In this document: positions 59,900 through 64,000 of the stretch, piece by piece
Layout: every line of letters begins with the position of its first letter
Numbering within the stretch: position 1 is the stretch's first letter
Translations under genes and position numbers: made by a program
From: a virus
Lineage: Duplodnaviria > Caudoviricetes
Direction: 5' to 3' (one strand)
DNA length: 64,000 nt
IMG/VR virus record: IMGVR_UViG_3300021387_001585
Coordinates: 1-64,000 of that record
The notes under the pieces: generated by a model
What the model was told of the DNA's origin: nothing
The model's input: only the letters and a program-made list of their open reading frames with translations
The model's database searches: none

Positions 59900-60635
59900 T
59901 ATCCGTCACGCTGATAGTTCATACTCGATGTTACGGCTGACAATGTCGTGGGGAAGATAGTGGCAATCGTGCAGGGGCACAATCATGAGCCCCCGCACGA
60001 TGTACGCGGTAGGCTGCTTACTTCTTCACAGTAGCCTTCACGCAGATAGCCTGACCCTCCAGTTCCTCGTCCGCGAACGTGTCACGGATAGGAGCATCGG
60101 GCACAATCTTTGCTGTCAACATAGTCTTGCCGATGTTAGCGTTAAACAGATAGTATCATTCGTATCCTGACGACATAGGGCGCAGCCCGCCACCTACTGC
60201 ATTATTCGCGATAGTTCCCTACGTTCGCCACATTGAGAGTAGTTCGCACTGCGGATAGCCCAGCCACCCAGCTATATTGTCGCTGCCACACTCTTGATAG
60301 TGCTTTGTTTCCTTACAGTACGCGATAGTTCTGTTCAATCCAAATGACGCCACCGCCAGAGGCATACGTGCATACGGCGATTATGTCCTGTCACGCATAG
60401 GATCTCTCTTGCCGACGCCATCCACCACTCGCACTCATGTCCTCACGGATAGAGCCTTTGTGGAGTTTACTGTCATAGTCTGTCTATCCCATAGCATCTC
60501 CAGTCTGCACACTTGCATTCTGAAACCAAATTATTCTCAATAGCTGACCAAGGTATTACTTTTGCACAGCAGAAATAGTAGGGTGCATTCTCGTCCCTTG
60601 GCCTGTCTATCTCCACGAATAATAAAACTCACTGT

Positions 60636-60724
60636 GCCCACAATGGGAGTCGAACCCAAAGGGTGATGCAGCCCGCCACCTACTGCGTTATTCGCGATAG
60701 TTCACCCTGCCACGTTATTGGGGC
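60636..60724 (-). ncRNA. tRNA-like element T2
   Basis: GCCCCAAT/ATTGTGGGC stem and TGGG-TTCGACT-CCCA T-arm. Confidence 0.5.
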
Positions 60725-60734
60725 TACCTTTGCG

Positions 60735-61022
60735 TCAAATTCCCATGTGCTTATAGCACACGGTTATATGACTGTTTGAGAAACGCTTTGTCCTCATAGA
60801 CGGACGAACTCCATGCCCGATAGCGGTGCTCGGCTTTTTAGGCCCACGCTTGGTCTTGCAGTCACGCACGACCTTATAGCGCTTGGTCTCCATGATACGG
60901 AAGTACGCCTCACGCGATGCTTTCTCGCGATGATAGGTGCGCAACATCTCCCGCATAGCTTCTGCTTGCTTAGCACTCTCAATAACAGCACACTGACGCT
61001 CGTAATAGATATTCTTTTCCAT
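60735..61022 (-). CDS. basic hypothetical protein
   Basis: ORF with an A-rich leader. Confidence 0.55.
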   Translation of the reverse strand: MEKNIYYERQCAVIESAKQAEAMREMLRTYHREKASREAYFRIMETKRYKVVRDCKTKRGPKKPSTAIGHGVRPSMRTKRFSNSHITVCYKHMGI

Positions 61023-61085
61023 TTTGTTTGCTTGTGTTTAGTTGATTGTCTTTCTTTCTCGCATAGAGTGTTCTCCCCCGATAGT

Positions 61086-61149
61086 CCCCAAGGTGGGTGT
61101 CGAACCCACCTGGTGCGTGTTTACACCTTTCCCGGAATTTCACTTGGGG
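61086..61149 (-). ncRNA. tRNA-like element T3
   Basis: CCCCAAG/CTTGGGG stem and GTGGG-TTCGACA-CCCAC T-arm. Confidence 0.55.
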
Positions 61150-61160
61150 CGCCCGATAGA

Positions 61161-61808
61161 CTACTCGTTCACGTCGTCGATGCGAACTGCAACCTTTACG
61201 AGCTTTCCGTCACGATTCTGAACGATGTAGAGACCTTGCTTCTTCAGCTCCTCGAATGCCTCCTTAGACTTCTTGGCGCGTTCCTGCTGGTCGGCAATAG
61301 AACGGCTCTGTTCGAGTATCTTCACCAATAGGCGAGGACCCCACCCGAACTCGTTCACCATGACCTTGCGATAGAGCTTGACCGTCTGTGCGCTCTCGCC
61401 CTTCACTTTCTTGTCGGCCTCCTCGCTCGTATAGAGCGATTCGTCCTTAACACCCGTAGCATCGTTACCGACAGTCACCTTGACAACGCGGTCTACATAG
61501 ACATAGTTGCCTACGACCTTGCCGTCAGTTCCGATAATCTTCAGGTCGGCATCGGTAGCATCGTTGTACATCTTGGGCGTATAGCCCAGGCATGCGCCCT
61601 TAGATGTCACCTTGGGCTCCAGTCCTAACTTGGATAGCTGCTCACGCTTGGTCACGTCATAGACCGTGACCTTGCCGTCCTTGTCCTTCGACTGCAGCTG
61701 ATAGCCACATTCGTGCGATAAGGCTTTCAGTTGTGCTGCCTTAGTGCATGAACTGTTTACAACTGCATTGTTCAGTCTCTTCTCGTTTGCTTTTTCTTGC
61801 TTAGTCAT
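61161..61808 (-). CDS. hypothetical early protein
   Basis: First ORF after the consensus promoter at 62.2 kb. Confidence 0.7.
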   Translation of the reverse strand: MTKQEKANEKRLNNAVVNSSCTKAAQLKALSHECGYQLQSKDKDGKVTVYDVTKREQLSKLGLEPKVTSKGACLGYTPKMYNDATDADLKIIGTDGKVVGNYVYVDRVVKVTVGNDATGVKDESLYTSEEADKKVKGESAQTVKLYRKVMVNEFGWGPRLLVKILEQSRSIADQQERAKKSKEAFEELKKQGLYIVQNRDGKLVKVAVRIDDVNE

Positions 61809-61848
61809 AATTGTAAATTTTTAAGTTATGTTCTGCAATATTGCATTG

Positions 61849-61933
61849 TGGAGGAGTAGGGATTCGAACCCTATAATACACCCGTCCACACTTCATCGAG
61901 ATAGATAGACAGACTCCTTGCATCGCTACTCCC
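61849..61933 (-). ncRNA. tRNA-like element T4
   Basis: GGGAG...TAGGG-TTCGAAT-CCCTA-CTCCTCCA. Confidence 0.5.
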
Positions 61934-62196
61934 GTTTTAGGGTTGGTGCCAACTATTGCAGTAGCGAATCCGCAGGCACAAGCGTCCTTTCATACCTTGC
62001 CAGTCGGGTATGGGCATTTTTCATAGCGCAAACACAATATGGGCTTTTGCGAGTTTCCTTGCGTACGTTTGCGAGCTTCTGAAAGTTTCCGCAAACTTTG
62101 CGCTAAATGTACCTAAACATTTCAAAGGTCGATGTTTCCGTTTCCGTTCTTGTTTCCGTTTCCGTTTGTCAGTCCGTTGTTTCGTTCTGACGTTTG

Positions 62197-62228
62197 CAAA
62201 GATACTACTTTTTTTGTTTTTCTCCAAA
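62197..62228 (-). promoter_or_regulatory. consensus Bacteroidetes promoter for the early region
   Basis: TTTG-N20-TATCTTTG with an upstream A-rich tract. Confidence 0.8.
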
Positions 62229-62625
62229 CTTTTTTCAAACTTTTTTCGTTTTTCCTCAAACTTTTTTATTTTCACTTGAAATTTCTAAATAATGTTCGCG
62301 TATGTGCGTACCTTATTCAAAATCGAATGTGCTGCCTTTCTTTTGCCGTTCTTTTCTCGTACCTTTGTACTCGCATATTTGCAGAAACGCCAGAAACGCC
62401 CGCACCCACCCCACGATCCAGCGAGGCGCGGGGTCTTTTTCGCATAATGAAATCAAAAAAAAAGGAATTGGGTTGTTGAATGATGTTTAATATGACGAAC
62501 AACCATATAAAACAACGGCAGGATTTCCGCTTTGGAAACCCTGCCACAATCAAACAAAAAGGATATAAATTAAAGGTATTTTATACTTTTTATGAAATAT
62601 AATCGAACAAAAAGAACATTCTTAT

Positions 62626-63135
62626 TTATTCACACTCGGGCACTACTTCGTAAGAAGAAAGTACGCCCGCGACGGATAATAGCTCAGCGTTGATGCGGTC
62701 AACGTCTGCCTGCGATACATTCCCATATACAGGAGAAGACTTGACAGAAAGCACCATGTCGCGCTTCCCCTTATTCCATCCTAACACTCTCTGGGCAAAA
62801 TCTTTCATATTGAAATAGTTAGCTATCTTGTCAATAGCCACCATCGTACCTGGATCATAGGTGATACCGCGCTGATTGGTAAACGTCCTGTCGCTTCCAA
62901 AAGTAATCACACCATCACGCAACTCATTGGCTATCTGATGAATAGCCAAGTTCAGTTTTTCAATATTCGCCTTAGAGAACTTCAGCGGTTTGCCGTGGCG
63001 GTTCAGCGCATGACGGAAGCTACCGCCCACGATGCTCTCGCTCACCCCCATCATTCTCGCTATCGACACTGTGGTAATGTTGTGTTCCTGCAAATACTTA
63101 TACAGAAAGTCTTGCGATACTTTGATTTTTTCCAT
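62626..63135 (-). CDS. HTH-containing regulator
   Basis: ITTVSIARMMGVSESIV; start MEKIK downstream of a promoter. Confidence 0.65.
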   Translation of the reverse strand: MEKIKVSQDFLYKYLQEHNITTVSIARMMGVSESIVGGSFRHALNRHGKPLKFSKANIEKLNLAIHQIANELRDGVITFGSDRTFTNQRGITYDPGTMVAIDKIANYFNMKDFAQRVLGWNKGKRDMVLSVKSSPVYGNVSQADVDRINAELLSVAGVLSSYEVVPECE

Positions 63136-63168
63136 ATCGTTGTAGCATTTAATATTACTTTTCGGCTG

Positions 63169-63200
63169 CAAAGATAATTGTTTTTCTGCAAACCTCCAAA
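63169..63200 (-). promoter_or_regulatory. consensus Bacteroidetes promoter
   Basis: TTTG-N20-TATCTTTG. Confidence 0.75.
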
Positions 63201-63244
63201 TCTTTCCGCAACTTTTTTCAAAAATTGTTTTGTGACAAGAAAAT

Positions 63245-63371
63245 AAGTTGGGCAAGAAGTTATCACAAGTTGGGCAAGAAGTTGACACAAGTTGGGAAAG
63301 AAAGCAGCATAACTATCAGCATAACTACCAGCATAACTACCAGCATAGCTATCAGCATAACTATCAGCATA
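63245..63371. repeat. tandem 22-mer (about 2.4 copies) and 12-mer CAGCATA[A/G]CTA[T/C] (about 5.5 copies)
   Basis: Seen directly in the sequence. Confidence 0.85.
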
Positions 63372-63452
63372 GGAAACGGCCCACGGCAGGTCGATGCTGT
63401 CGTGGGCCGTTAAGTCCCCTTCCCTTCAGGGGGGTGGGATAGTTAATGCGTG

Positions 63453-63926
63453 TTAAATATTCTTTCCTAAATCGCGCTTTTTGTCCGCAGCCCTCCCTAC
63501 GGGGGATGGTTTGGGTGGGGCTTCGCGCCAGAATCCTTTCTGGTTCTTCTGATACTTCAGTTCCTTGCGCTTGCGGATGATGGGGTCGTCGGGGTGTCGC
63601 TCGAAGCTGCGGCGCGAGGGGTCGAAGATGCCGGCTTCCACTTCGCGTCGGAGGTTGCGCGTGGGTGCAAACTTCAGACGCTTGGTGGGGGCCACGGTGC
63701 GGATCTCGTCGCGTCCGCCGTAGGTGTAGTGGTACTGGCGTTCGGGGATGTCGACGACGGCGAAGGTTCCGAAGCTCTCGATGGGCACGCAGAGGCAGCC
63801 CTCGGTGAGCTGGTGCCGGATCTCGTCGAACACGGCGGGCAGCACCTGTTCTACGGTGGCGCGGCAGATGCCGCTGCGCTTCACGACTGCGCTGATGAAA
63901 TGGGATTTGTATTCGTGGGGACGCAT
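63453..63926 (-). CDS. HU/IHF-like DNA-binding protein
   Basis: IESFGTFAV...P.R...TKRLKFAPTRNLR. Confidence 0.8.
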   Translation of the reverse strand: MRPHEYKSHFISAVVKRSGICRATVEQVLPAVFDEIRHQLTEGCLCVPIESFGTFAVVDIPERQYHYTYGGRDEIRTVAPTKRLKFAPTRNLRREVEAGIFDPSRRSFERHPDDPIIRKRKELKYQKNQKGFWREAPPKPSPVGRAADKKRDLGKNI

Positions 63927-64000
63927 AAACTACTTAGTTTCAAGTTTCAAGTTTCAAGTTTCAAGTTTCAAGTGAATGAGAATTAGAATCAGCGAGGCGG

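Noticed and set aside
62010-62553. Short Lys/Phe-rich ORFs on both strands
   Set aside because: They are translations of poly-A/T promoter DNA.
1-64000. Stop-codon reassignment
   Set aside because: Long genes are intact under the standard code, and all three stop codons are used.

Overview
A 64-kb segment of a tailed Bacteroidales (Prevotella-like) phage or prophage, judged from gene content, TAnnTTTG promoters and A-rich leaders without Shine-Dalgarno sequences. Layout: (1-14.8 kb) tail fibre, tail and holin-like late genes; (15.3-35 kb, minus strand) replication and DNA-metabolism genes, including a C5 DNA methyltransferase, two radical SAM enzymes, a DEDDh exonuclease, IF-1, a primase-helicase and an aberrant tRNA; (35.2-35.9 kb) a divergently transcribed repressor; (36-62 kb, minus strand) an early or accessory region with a DarB-like methylase-helicase, a beta-clamp-like protein, a MutS-I domain protein, many small ORFs and tRNA-like elements. 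The main finding is a stand-alone reverse transcriptase (51442-53034) followed by two arrays of five roughly 150-175 nt non-coding units (50355-51232 and 48317-49211) on either side of a partner gene. The ten units share one secondary-structure scaffold with compensatory base changes, but each carries a different long bulged hairpin. This suggests an RT plus multi-template ncRNA array producing a set of distinct hairpin cDNAs. All assignments were made by eye, without database searches.
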